A stretch of DNA of 62,291 nt, the filler included, from Myxococcota bacterium (GTDB lineage Bacteria; Myxococcota_C; UBA6777), in assembly GCA_023150835.1 (NCBI GenBank). It is 2 parts of 2 records of this genome, joined end to end, with 100 filler letters (N's around TTAATTAATTAA, not from the genome) between each part and the next. Parts side by side here need not be neighbours in the genome. Positions count along the whole stretch, not along the records: positions 1 to 31,578 come from JAKLKB010000071.1; 1 more part is not named here. One strand, written 5' to 3'. Below are positions 23,701 to 29,819 of the stretch, in pieces. The notes below the pieces were generated by a model. It did not search any database. It had not been told where the DNA came from and saw only the letters and a program-made list of their open reading frames with translations. Every line of letters starts with the position of its first letter. The first letter of the stretch is position 1. The position numbers and the translations under genes are program-made.

Positions 23701-25918
23701 CTGTTTGGTTGGCTCCTGCGGGGGCGGGTTGGAATTGAGGTAGGCTTCCAACAGGGATCGTGACTTGTTGGTAATTGGTGACACCAAGGGGGAGATTGTC
23801 TTCCCAACGGACGGTGGTGTTTCGGGATCCGTTGTTGCGGAGGGTGACGGTGTAGGTGAGGATGTCGCCGGGTTCGGGGCGTCCGCCGTTATCGTCGGTG
23901 ACGGTTTTGGTGGAGGCGGAGAAGTCAGGCTTGTAGTTGACGATGACGACGGTGGGATCGTTGCGTGGAGGCGTGTTGGGGTCGTCGGTCAGGAGCGTCA
24001 CACCCGCGAGAGTTTGTCGGGCCTCGCCTTGGTTGGACAAGCGTGTGTTGTGGATCTTGTCGATGGTGACGCCTGCTGCGATGAATTCGGCTTCGGTAAA
24101 GACGGTGAGGGTGTAGCGGATCTCGGCGGTGAAATTTGCGGGGATGGTGATATTGCGGATATCGATGAGTCCTGTGCCGTTGGTTCCGCCTGTTGCGCTG
24201 GAGCGGTTGTCAGCGGGGCTGGTTCCAGCGGGGGGGATCACGCTGTTGGGATCGAGTTTGACGTAGGGCGGAAGGTTGTCGACGTATTGGACGCCGCTTG
24301 CGGAGGCGCTACCGCTGTTTTGGCCGACGATGGTGTAGCGCAGTTGTTCGCCCGGTCGGACATCGGTGGCTCCGGGGCGGGTGAGGTTTTCGAAGCGTTT
24401 GGTGAGCGAGCCAAGTTGCGGGGCTTGGATCGTTGTGATCGCGGTGTTGCTTTGGGTGGGTCCGACTTCATCGGACTGGACGGTGAAAAAGTTGGCGATC
24501 TGCCGATTGGGCGGGGTGCTTGTGATGCGGACTTGGAAGGTGATCTCGCGATCGTTGTCTCCGCGAAAGTCGATGGTTCCGAGGTTGAGTCCATTGACGA
24601 GAGGGCTTGTGCCTCCGACATCGGCGCGAGGTTGTCCATCGACGCGGGTGGAGTTGGGGATGTAGCTGGTGAAGGCGGGGATGCTGTCGCGGATGATGGT
24701 GTTTCGAGCCGCAAGCGAGCCTGTGTTCACCACTTCGAGCGTGTAGGTCAGGATATCGCCGACGCCTGCATTGCTGCGGTCGACGCGCTTTCGGGTGCGG
24801 GTGTTGCGAAAGTTGGGAGTGAGGGTGTCGATGGCAAGGATAATAAAGCCAAGAAAGACCAGTTCACCGTCGCCGCATTGACCGCCCGCACAAGCGATGC
24901 CATCGCCTGTTCCGAGTGTGAGGTCGGCGAATGTATCGCCCGGTTTGAGCAAACCGAGGCCGCGTTGTCCGATCTCGAACGTGTCCAGATCGACGCCCAA
25001 AGCCAATGTCGAGTTCCAGATGTTGCCTGAGGGGTTGTAGGGGGTGGCGGAAAATAAGCGGGTGCTTTGTGTGGCGGATTGTGCTCGAAAAGAGATGAAG
25101 TCGCTGTTTGTGGCGGGTTCTGGGGGAGATCCGAGGAATTGGTCACCTTCGAGACCAAAGAAGGTGAACGTTCCTTCGGGTGGATCGCCGACTTGGAAGC
25201 CGCTGATGCGGAAGTTGGTGATCCCCGAACTGGGAGGGTTTTGTTCTTCGTCCATCATCAAAAAGCCGTCATAGAGGACGATATCGCGGCGTACAGTCGT
25301 GGTGGGGCTTTTCCAAACGACAGCCATCGACCAAGCAGCGTAGTTGGCTTGGCAGAAAGGGTTGTTGTTGCAATCGCCCGGCAGAGCGTTGAGATTGGCA
25401 ACGGTGTAGGTGCCGTTGAGGTTGTTGCCTGTGCCGAGTTGCTTGACGAGGGCGGTGATATCGGCGCGACAATAGAAAAAGTCGAGGTTACCGAGGACAC
25501 GGCGAACGGTTTGACAGGAAGTCGAAGTGACCGCGATACGTGTTCCGTTGGGGAGAGTGAAGTCCACCGAATTATCGGGCGTTCCGTTGACGGTGCCTGT
25601 CCACCAAAGATAGGCGGCTTCGACTTCGCCATCAAAGGGGATGCCGCTGATCTGCGCCGAGTTTTGCGGAAGAAGGATATCGTTGACGTTTCCGGGGGGG
25701 CTTGCTGACATCATGGTGTTGCCGGAGATAGCGGCAGAACCAAATAACTTGTAGGTTGCAAGGACCGCAGGGGGCTGTCCTTGAACGCCCGCATACACGG
25801 GAGCGCTCGCAAAGATCAAGAAACAAGTAAGCAGCCACCACGTCAAACGCATCATCAAGTGTGGACGCCAAAGTGCCGTTGCCATGGAAGACATGGCGCT
25901 TTTTGTCGAACTATCCAT
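11723..25918 (-). CDS. Giant secreted DUF11-repeat protein with SdrD-B-like and OmpA-like domains and a probable C-terminal beta-barrel (putative adhesin)
   Basis: Uninterrupted ORF (open to 26068; start uncertain, signal peptide ends ...APVYA); 17 TK...PGD.LTYT...N.G units; GKVFCDKNGN...GVRI; RRA...SRGFG..RP..N; C-terminal alternating beta-strands ending in Phe. Confidence 0.9.
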   Translation of the reverse strand: MDSSTKSAMSSMATALWRPHLMMRLTWWLLTCFLIFASAPVYAGVQGQPPAVLATYKLFGSAAISGNTMMSASPPGNVNDILLPQNSAQISGIPFDGEVEAAYLWWTGTVNGTPDNSVDFTLPNGTRIAVTSTSCQTVRRVLGNLDFFYCRADITALVKQLGTGNNLNGTYTVANLNALPGDCNNNPFCQANYAAWSMAVVWKSPTTTVRRDIVLYDGFLMMDEEQNPPSSGITNFRISGFQVGDPPEGTFTFFGLEGDQFLGSPPEPATNSDFISFRAQSATQSTRLFSATPYNPSGNIWNSTLALGVDLDTFEIGQRGLGLLKPGDTFADLTLGTGDGIACAGGQCGDGELVFLGFIILAIDTLTPNFRNTRTRKRVDRSNAGVGDILTYTLEVVNTGSLAARNTIIRDSIPAFTSYIPNSTRVDGQPRADVGGTSPLVNGLNLGTIDFRGDNDREITFQVRITSTPPNRQIANFFTVQSDEVGPTQSNTAITTIQAPQLGSLTKRFENLTRPGATDVRPGEQLRYTIVGQNSGSASASGVQYVDNLPPYVKLDPNSVIPPAGTSPADNRSSATGGTNGTGLIDIRNITIPANFTAEIRYTLTVFTEAEFIAAGVTIDKIHNTRLSNQGEARQTLAGVTLLTDDPNTPPRNDPTVVIVNYKPDFSASTKTVTDDNGGRPEPGDILTYTVTLRNNGSRNTTVRWEDNLPLGVTNYQQVTIPVGSLPQFQPAPAGANQTGLLTVRNIALNVGQSAQIVFRVTIDPNVPNGTAITNLGDIIDEKDNSRLSISSQTLTVIAGPELSRSTKTVTDNNGGQIEPNDTLTYTLTLRNSGNRAATDLVVIDVIDPNLENVVPANGGTFAANTITWNTATTPALASIAPNATVVLTFTARIKAGTTDGTVIPNQGVIQGPNIGGAQRTDDPNTPVLGDPTVIRVVARPNLASTKTVTDNNGGSPQPGDTLTYTITLRNTGSTAATDIVISDPIDANLINIVPANGGTLTGGAIVWNRNTTPALASLAPNATTTVTFTAQIRAPLPNSTVLSNQARINGANFTEILSDDPNTPTPNDPTRVTVQSQATATFTKEVRDANGGDVVPGDILTYTLTLRISGNAPYRNVVVTDVVPAQLTQIQPGNGGTLSGNTLTWNPTTTPALANLNPGDEIRLTFSARVQANLPDGTFIDNQAILNATGIPAQNSDDPATPAPNDPTRVTVRSRPDLTTSTKEVRDINGGQLLPGETVSYTLTIRNSGNVAATSVLVTDAVDTNLEAIVPANGGVLAGNVISWNIPSIASNSEVRLTFTARVKPALPNQTKISNQGRITAANANATVTDDPTTPAPSDPTIITVTSGPSLANTTKEVTDNNGGQVEPGDTLTYTITLRNTGTSAATNVVVRDPIDTTKINQITPGQGGTFAGNTITWNATTTPALANLPVGASVTLTFTAVVLTTAQNGTVIENQAQVTSTEITSPEPSDDPRTTEDNDSTKVTVVAGPTLADSTKEVRDNNGGTPQPGDILTYTLTVRNTGKGAAINVVVRDPIDTNNLINIAPGQGGTLSGGTINWDGNTTPALRNIAPNTSVTLTFTAQIAQGVPAGTRILNQGTLTAQGLNTPVPTDDPTTPALDDPTAIVVGGQALLASTKTVTDNNGGDPAPGDTLTYTLTVRNSGTQPATNVVINDPIDTNTLEAINPANGGIFDPNTGRILWTISAIPANASQQVTFTARIKTGLADNTRIANQAQVSADQVATPLPTDDPNTPTPNDPTVVIVRSTTRLTFTKTAADLNGGSYRPSDIVRYTVTINNTGTSNVDQITLTDVVDANLEIVRALNNGQVSGNTITWTAAQVPALTQLKPGEQTQVTFEARIRAGVPDGTRIPNQARATNNDGTLQLLSDDPATPTPNDPTFLLVAFPDISASTKEVRDINGGSAEPNDEIEYTLRIRNTSNTPVTNVIVTDPIDPNLDNIRPGNGGTLSGNTLTWNPTTTPALARIDAQSEVLLTIRARIRAGTTDGTVISNQATIRSTETTSDTLTDDPNTPASDDPTRITVQSAPNLSNITKTVSGTTNGIASPGTQLTYTITVQNTGSQAANSVEVRDPVPTGLINILPGQGGIVVNNEIVWNLPSIGPGQTRLLTFNATVDPNTPNGTNLDNQARVTSREITTPQLSDDPTTPTPKDPTRVTVQASALVVATKTVRDENGGQVEANDILTYTLILRNRGSLNAQQLQLIDATPANTTYIPGSTRLNSQQVPDDGTNNPLAVGILVQSARSGTQPGTLLPDDGTPPEDESATITFQVRVNQGVANGTILSNQGRISGSNVPPLRTDNPETPAPNDPTDVVVGGGPNLTATAKTVRIAEDAGTPNVADINDVLEYTLLVRNSGNAPANAARIEDEIPENTLYIGSSITLDGRSLTDTADADAAEFRAGAGRGTVFVNLGNLPAGQQARVTFRVRITGGKLISNQGFVQANNFRREATDADDNEANGNQPTVIPVGTQSLLVGVKEVVDLNGGDANPGDILEYRITVRNGGQTELTNIEVRDPISPNTTYRNNSAQGPGTNTFDANSRTVIFSGITLAPNQSALLIFQVLIATNAPAGTVIRNKATLTAPPNLSEETNEVQTTVQSGGGTASLQGIIYQEIGTNTSFDADTDERLSAFQVRAYRSDNLQNPVRTATADEQANYRLANLPNATYKIRVYSEKNVQFAEYDIDLSNGGTLNRNLEVAPTGRIYQSDNGNFIEDARVFLVFDDLGNTACRRDSDCGNTGLCIREKAGDREGRCGQQVSQTDLPENQQGQPTNRRGMYKFDPPTSNERSYRIAVRSPIPTLVFPSTRIAPEAGIAQFATFTDLGKIIPQDRPNPGNTNQPKTYYVRFSVTNRPQVIQNNHLPLDSFDSLIILSKTASLKVATVGDIITYTLKVENRSPVDLLFDSNKKTGGIYINDILPAGFNLLSLSPRVKRSDGREVLAEANTNRKNGQSITPTRLMRFGPFDLPGLTDITLRYQVAVSRGLPVGSYVNIATVQNEAGGAISEQARAVVQVTYDPIFDQGTVLGKVFCDKNGNRWQDPDDTGIGGVRIYLDNGHYAETDETGKYHIQAIDPGNHMLKIDAQTLPPGSTMIDTPDRIFYISRGLFRKINFAVKCNSVTSTVQKVFLRKKVIPKPKPQPIRITGSVYGPRLAINGQPRPLPVVDLAITAEKDHLPNFESEQGIDLELRDKSLPKPAAFHLRVAEGTRPANWRIDLYEKAQGKKMGLMIRTMKGVGTPPPLIEWMGDSNAGVFVLRERSLYIAQFTLTTLDDTISQSPPRIFGANVTKKPRKVLFNQTFPAQWMGRSGIKVYGRLRSRLRSAAFRKKVLALLKESNTRLEVHVHHNTDLPRQRALFLTVRRAVSIANFLQTSLQIPSTQIVSRGFGAGRPLLPNISTRNKRKNLRIEIRVTEEQSAAGNAIPGMSYDPMAQIEQLNLPLTARGQFEHTLQPPYVREIRLQITTPRGGRVDLPVVILKKAPTTAPAPKPQIPKSPSTAPKKDPLAWFKRRTFTPRKSLILHPSQIFNKKRFLLEFQDPNNHPLLSANDQPTFRLYLSANKVDHLTQNTPSETNGRRGKHLRVAQAPTPAPLTFDATSPQTTTPSAKSSNNTPNVAQTTTPSTKTTNLAQDPASAKKTLTVAQATVHSAKSTALPPSSTKDAKPAKPAKPAKPAPSEPKTKLVEIPLSEAKEVAAAKLRVTLPPQGSVIHSEELTLTGYTEPGNKVFANGQTATVSDKGVFSVKVKLKHGQQKLQLYAEDKEGNRGEINWPINVNLNRLFMLALADMTFGTQSTQIEGLESIGSFQGSGVMIHGRAVFYAKGQVQGKHLLSAIFKNIQYTAYIETPKRREITDFYQQLIDPDRYYPVYGDSGKQVQDVQTRGWGFKVGDQSYRMPLYVMVQADRSRLVAGNFNTKLRGVEIIRYDRTVHGVDIDFQKRFAKHYDTRARVFVSDGQQQQLKAHIQMRGTGGSLYYLPHQNILEGSEQIRLTIRDKDSGIILHQIPLRRYDDYNVQYFEGRIFFKHPVSAVADSFLLTQHNLFSTLDGNPLYIEADYEYENLDGQNGLTVGVQVSQSFFDKIKVGFSFVQENRATGGTPAYQLWGFDLTARWNKNTYLQAEYARSLSFDSQSFFSDDGGLTFRPLQGFHNNQRFSGLLGQQGTTSAVPLEGNAVAVRLNSDISELTKWKDIELITSAYFSHRDRDFFASGQAPEQGTTKGGAVARLKLFKKHQIQLKYDGGIGLQFDPTTNQSYDYIKHLFNLQYAFFINPSWDVTIEYSHTQDFDGLRRLNLWGNFVTLGGSWKINKYVQVMLRQQLAFETQTVAPLTVMDHFATTLGLNLKLFDTDTYATVAGTLRWSGNHSAQVGLKTKLNETSSAYIREEITYQQFSTGLVNTVVIGAEQKLSRGSRVYGEYQLDSGISNENSRAVVGLNHVFEFFQGVFLGAGFERAMFLDPRAGASGRTVGRLTFQLTRWKNIKASGRYELRYDENNPLLNTGDKLQFVTLNNVTWQFTEDVAFLIRLNYALTHNFSFNSGAGGTEGELLEFTAGLAYRPVRFDWVSVLLKYTLRQEQRPLGLTGTNEQQRSVTEVFSLVPIFELPFRLQIVEQFNVKFRKEEIAGLQPASTATILWINRLNFHLIDKLDIGVEYRLFWQWQGSGGEALRHSTFDHGFLVEASYNIHRFAYVGVGYNFTRFTDNLFLDDTRDYSGFFIRAVGKF

Positions 25919-26091
25919 GTTTCTACCCACCAAGCGAAAAAACAATGCAACACCTATCTCTTTTTTGAGACACCGACGAGCTTTGGGCGAATTTGCGTCG
26001 CACAAGCGCCTGTTCTTCGATGCGATGATTTTTTGAGACACAAAAGACCTTCTCCAAAGTCCACGCATTATAGAGGATAGCTTTGCGCTGG

Positions 26092-26187
26092 CAAGGCCAC
26101 GCGGATCTTACGGAGTATGCGCATTTTGGGATGGAACCAAGGCCACGCGGATCTTACGGAGTATACGCATTTTGGGATGGAACCAAG
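26092..26187. repeat. 46-bp tandem duplication upstream of the giant gene
   Basis: CAAGGCCACGCGGATCTTACGGAGTAT(G/A)CGCATTTTGGGATGGAAC at 26092 and 26138, one mismatch. Confidence 0.9.
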
Positions 26188-26466
26188 CTTTTTTGACCCG
26201 CCCAAGAGCCACGTCCCTCGCTCTTCAAAGCGTACGAGGATGCGAAGAGGTCTGCGGAACAAAATATGAACGCTTCGCCATCGCCCATGCTGTACGGTTC
26301 GAGCGTACAAAAGCGCACAGTCTCTTGTCTGGTTTTGTGGTCGGATGGAGCGGTGGGTTGGTTTGGGTGGGCAGGATCGTTCGGTGTTTGGCGGGGGTCT
26401 CGAAGAGGTCGAGGCTTTCGATGCTCTCTCTCGCGGATTCAGGTGATGGGTGGATATCGTAGACGC

Positions 26467-26504
26467 AAAAAAGCCGACTCTTTATGAAAAAGAAGTCGGC
26501 TTTT
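26467..26504 (-). terminator. Rho-independent terminator after tRNA-Ala
   Basis: Minus strand AAAAGCCGACT-loop-AGTCGGCTTTTTT. Confidence 0.8.
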
Positions 26505-26511
26505 GAAGATG

Positions 26512-26584
26512 TGGAGCTAGGCGGGATCGAACCGCCGGCCTCATGAATGCCATTCATGCGCTCTCCCAGCTGAGCTATAGCCCC
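26512..26584 (-). tRNA. tRNA-Ala (GGC)
   Basis: GGGGCTATAGCTCAGCTGGGAGAGCG, anticodon arm CATGA-ATGGCAT-TCATG, GGTTCGATCC T-arm, G3:U70 pair; CCA not encoded. Confidence 0.97.
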
Positions 26585-26604
26585 AACACGGTCGGGTGAG
26601 GCAT

Positions 26605-26633
26605 GAAATAGCGGAGGTTGAGGCAAGTGTCAA
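26605..26633 (-). promoter_or_regulatory. Sigma70-type promoter of tRNA-Ala
   Basis: TTGACA-17 nt-TATTTC about 20 nt upstream of the tRNA, with an A-tract upstream of the -35 box. Confidence 0.6.
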
Positions 26634-26642
26634 GAGTTTTTT

Positions 26643-26873
26643 TCAGTCTTGTTGCATCGGGCGGCATTCGCCTTCGATGCAGATCTGCTCTTGGTGACAA
26701 TCGTCTTTGGTTTTGCATTGGTCGACGCAGTAGCCTTGCTTTCCGCAGATCTTTTTGTCGGGGCAATCGCTTGCAAAGCGGCAACGGATAAGCTGTTTGC
26801 AGCTACTGGCCGCGAGATAAGGCGTCATGGCAAAAAGCAATGTGAAAGCGATCCAGCGAAGCGTTCGTGTCAT
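26643..26873 (-). CDS. Small Cys-rich lipoprotein (76 aa)
   Basis: ATG at 26873 with GGAG upstream; signal peptide ending AASSC; two C-x4-DC-x5-C-x2/3-G-x-C modules. Confidence 0.8.
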   Translation of the reverse strand: MTRTLRWIAFTLLFAMTPYLAASSCKQLIRCRFASDCPDKKICGKQGYCVDQCKTKDDCHQEQICIEGECRPMQQD

Positions 26874-27063
26874 CTGTGAGGGTCTCCGAAACAGATAGGG
26901 GGGCGGAGCCGAGCGGCGACGCCATGATGTGGAAACGAAAGCGATGGGGATGATAGCGAAGGGATGGGCTGATGCGCAAGCACAAAAATGATCGCCCTCG
27001 GAATGAACAGGGGATTGTACGGGGGTGGGGTGGGGGGTTGTGTGGGATGGAAGGGATACAAAC

Positions 27064-27094
27064 AAAAAAAGCAACCTGTGAGGGTTGCTTTTTT
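27064..27094 (-). terminator. Rho-independent terminator after tRNA-Val
   Basis: Minus strand AAAAAAGCAACC-CTCACA-GGTTGCTTTTTTT. Confidence 0.85.
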
Positions 27095-27109
27095 GTTTGT
27101 TTTTTGGTG

Positions 27110-27183
27110 TGGGCGATACTGGAATCGAACCAGTGACCCCTTGCATGTCAAGCAAGTACTCTAACCAGCTGAGCTAATCGCCC
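27110..27183 (-). tRNA. tRNA-Val (GAC)
   Basis: GGGCGATTAGCTCAGCTGGTTAGAGT, anticodon arm CTTGC-TTGACAT-GCAAG, GGTTCGATTCC; CCA not encoded directly after the discriminator. Confidence 0.97.
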
Positions 27184-27196
27184 GAGACGAGGAAGG

Positions 27197-27225
27197 GGTA
27201 TAGCACAGGGGTTGTGGGATGTCAA
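27197..27225 (-). promoter_or_regulatory. Sigma70-type promoter of tRNA-Val
   Basis: TTGACA-17 nt-TATACC with extended TG and an upstream A-tract. Confidence 0.7.
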
Positions 27226-27396
27226 CTGTTTTTTTGCGGGAGGTGGGATCTTGCAGTTTGGCGTGGGTTCGTGTATTGCAACGCGGGAGAGATCGCAGCG
27301 GTTTGACGGATAGCGTGCGAAGAAGTCGGAGCCATCGAGAAGATGGTGGGTATGTGGTTCGTGCGCGAGCGTCATTGTTTTGGAGAGAGCGAGCGG

Positions 27397-27927
27397 ATGG
27401 GAGCATTGAGGAAGGAAGGTCACGCGGCAGAGAGACAAAGGGGATGGGGGGCGAGATTTGCGAGCCGTCATGGTTTGTGGATCGTGGGGCTGTGTTGGGT
27501 GGTGGTTTCGGTCGCGCTGGTCTGGGGATCGAGGACTGCCTTGTGTCAACGTGCGGATTCGACGAACGTAGGCGCGTACAAGTGCAGAGGCTGCCATGAG
27601 TCGGCGCACAACGTTTGGGAGAAATCGGCCCATGCGCGGGCTTTTTCGGTGCTGCCAGAGAAGGATCGCAACAATGCGCAGTGCTTGCGTTGCCATAGCG
27701 TCGGCAAGCAGCCGCATCTGCAAGGCGTTCAATGCGAAAGCTGTCATGGGGGCGGGAAATACTATTCGATTCCTGAGGTGATGGTGGATAAAACGCTTGC
27801 GCGGGCTGCGGGACTCGTGGTGATCAAGGGAGAGAAGGGCTGCGTGGATTGCCATGCAGGCCACTCGCCCAAGCTGCGCAAGTTTGATTACGCCACGATG
27901 TGGAAAAAGATCGCGCATACCAAATAG
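27397..27927 (+). CDS. Tetraheme cytochrome c (c554-like)
   Basis: Four CxxCH motifs (CRGCH, CLRCH, CESCH, CVDCH), W.KSAHA and GVQCESCHG signatures, N-terminal hydrophobic segment. Start uncertain (ORF open from 27343). Confidence 0.9.
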   Translation: MGALRKEGHAAERQRGWGARFASRHGLWIVGLCWVVVSVALVWGSRTALCQRADSTNVGAYKCRGCHESAHNVWEKSAHARAFSVLPEKDRNNAQCLRCHSVGKQPHLQGVQCESCHGGGKYYSIPEVMVDKTLARAAGLVVIKGEKGCVDCHAGHSPKLRKFDYATMWKKIAHTK

Positions 27928-27950
27928 ATCCGTTCTTTGAGGTCGAAGTG

Positions 27951-28082
27951 GCCGACAAAACCCCCCGCGTTCGCGCCACATCAAGCGGCAGTGTTGTTGT
28001 TTTGAAAAGCGTCTGAACGCCCCGCCAAAACAGGGTCAAGGGAGCCTCGCTAAGGGCGCGGGGTGTGGGGTAGAACCCCACA
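27951..28082 (+). repeat. Family B element, copy 2
   Basis: GCCGACAAAACCCCCCGCGTTCGCG...CAAGCG...TTGAAAA...GGGTCAAGGG...GTGGGGTAGAACCCCAC. Confidence 0.75.
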
Positions 28083-28097
28083 AAAACCATCCAACAA

Positions 28098-28218
28098 GTG
28101 ATACGAAATCCGCCCATTGTGTGACCGTAACGGCGTAGGGGCAGCCCCCTGTGGCTGCCCAAGGATAGGGCGTCTACGCACTATCTTACGATCACACACC
28201 ACTCGGATATCGTATGAC
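28098..28218 (+). repeat. Family A element, complete copy (MITE/REP-like)
   Basis: Terminal inverted repeats ATACGAAATCCG / CGGATATCGTAT around GTAGGGGCAGCCCCCTGTGGCTGCCC (28135-28160). Confidence 0.85.
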
Positions 28219-28246
28219 TCCTTTGAGAGACAAAAAAGGTGATGTG

Positions 28247-29746
28247 ATGTTGATAGAGCAGAAAGAAGCTGCGGTGTCGCGTGGCTTGCTGGAGGTGGAG
28301 TCTTGGGTGTTTCAGTCTCGCGGCACGAGAGCGTCGCGGGTGTGGGCGTGGTTTTTGGGCGGTGCGATGGGGCTTTGGGCGATCGGCCTTGCGCTGACGG
28401 AGGGGTGGCAAGGTTGGGGTATCTCGTGGGCGTGGTGGGATGCTTTGGAAGAAGGCTTGCAAGCGTGGGTGATGGGGGTGTTTTGGTGGTTGTGGTCGAT
28501 GAGTGTGGGTGGAGCGTTGTTGCATCGGTTGTTTGCGGTGCGAGCGGAGCGTTCGTTGGCGGGGTTGCTCGAAGCCCCGGGTTCATGGGTGCGGATGCAA
28601 AGCAAGGGAAAAGATTTCCCGACGCAAGCCGTGATCTGTGAGCGGATGGATCGAGTTTTTTCGATCCCGACGCAGCAAGCGGGTGGTTGGTTGTGGGCGG
28701 AGCGAGGGCGATTGGCGTCGATCGGTGAGTTGTGGCTGTTGGGTGGTGTGGCGACGGCGATCTTGGGGGCATGGGTACAGCCCTTTGCACCGACGATGCC
28801 GTTGTGGGGGCGTGCGATCTTGTTGGCGGCTCCGTGGGTTGCGATGGGAGCATTTTTGATGTTCGAGCAACCCGCCCGTCAGATGGCGGTTTGGAGAGAG
28901 GGAGACACGTTGTTGATCAAGGTAGCGTGCGAGCGCGATGCGTGGTGTGCTTCTTTGGATGCGATGGCGTTGGTGCGTGAATTAGAGGGCCTAACGGAAC
29001 AAGAGGGAGCCTTGGTGTGGGTGGAAGCGTCGACGAGTAAGCAACCATCGCCGCGATCGTTCGGTTGGAGTGCGTTGGGTCCGTTGCTTGCGCTTGGTCT
29101 GACGGGGGCGTTTTTGTGGAGGGCGGGGGCGTTTTCATCGTTGGATGGGCTGTTGCGTTCGTTGTCAACACCGATCAGCGTGGGCTGGTGGGGGATGGGG
29201 ATGGGCTTGATGGTCGGAGTGTTGTGGGCGGCAAGACGAGCATCCTCCGATGTTTTGGGAGGCGTGTCTTGGTTGGGCGGGGTTCTTGGCCTTGGGATGG
29301 CGTGGTTGACGTATCTTCCCGTAAAGTCCGTTCAAAAAGTGTTGGTCGGCCATGAGATCTTTGCGTTGGTGTTGTGGGGATTGGGGTTGGGGTTGTTGTT
29401 GGCGTCGGCGTTGTTGGCGGTGCGCGCTGGGCTGTTTGTGGAAAAGAGCGAACAGGCCGATCTGTATGCTACACAACAGAGCGGCATGATCGCGCTGGTG
29501 TTGTTGGGAGGGGCTTTTTTGGCGGCTGTGTTTTGGGGATGGCAGGCCGATCTTTTGCAACGTATGGGGCGGGTGTTTGTGGTGTTTGCGTTGACGAGCG
29601 TGGTGTGGATGCCGTTGCGATCGAGTGGATCGCGCACGCAACGACTGCCCTCTGCTGTGGTCTCGATGGGATGGGTCTTGTGGTCGTTTTTTGTTGCGGT
29701 GTCTGTGTTGTCTTGGATGCTTTTGTGGATGATCGCGGTGGTCTAA
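28247..29746 (+). CDS. Polytopic membrane protein, possibly a degenerate ResB-CcsA (cytochrome c biogenesis) fusion
   Basis: Many TM segments; ATG at 28247 after AAGGTGA; segments AERGRLASIG...ILGA, MFEQPARQMAVW, VGHEIF, GAFLAAVFWGW follow ResB then CcsA order. The CDS is likely; the family is inference. Confidence 0.6.
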   Translation: MLIEQKEAAVSRGLLEVESWVFQSRGTRASRVWAWFLGGAMGLWAIGLALTEGWQGWGISWAWWDALEEGLQAWVMGVFWWLWSMSVGGALLHRLFAVRAERSLAGLLEAPGSWVRMQSKGKDFPTQAVICERMDRVFSIPTQQAGGWLWAERGRLASIGELWLLGGVATAILGAWVQPFAPTMPLWGRAILLAAPWVAMGAFLMFEQPARQMAVWREGDTLLIKVACERDAWCASLDAMALVRELEGLTEQEGALVWVEASTSKQPSPRSFGWSALGPLLALGLTGAFLWRAGAFSSLDGLLRSLSTPISVGWWGMGMGLMVGVLWAARRASSDVLGGVSWLGGVLGLGMAWLTYLPVKSVQKVLVGHEIFALVLWGLGLGLLLASALLAVRAGLFVEKSEQADLYATQQSGMIALVLLGGAFLAAVFWGWQADLLQRMGRVFVVFALTSVVWMPLRSSGSRTQRLPSAVVSMGWVLWSFFVAVSVLSWMLLWMIAVV

Positions 29747-29819
29747 AGAGTTTGTTTGGGGTTGTTTGGGGAATGGTTTCCGTCTGCTCGGTGGGTAGGC
29801 GGTTTGAAAGGATCGAAAC

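Noticed and set aside
26225-27155. ORFs 26225-26626 and the 5' part of 26643-27155
   Set aside because: They run through the tRNA genes and terminators; only the last 76 codons of the second look coding.
26512-27183. tRNA genes as island or prophage attachment sites
   Set aside because: No integrase and no duplicated tRNA 3' end was found in the window.
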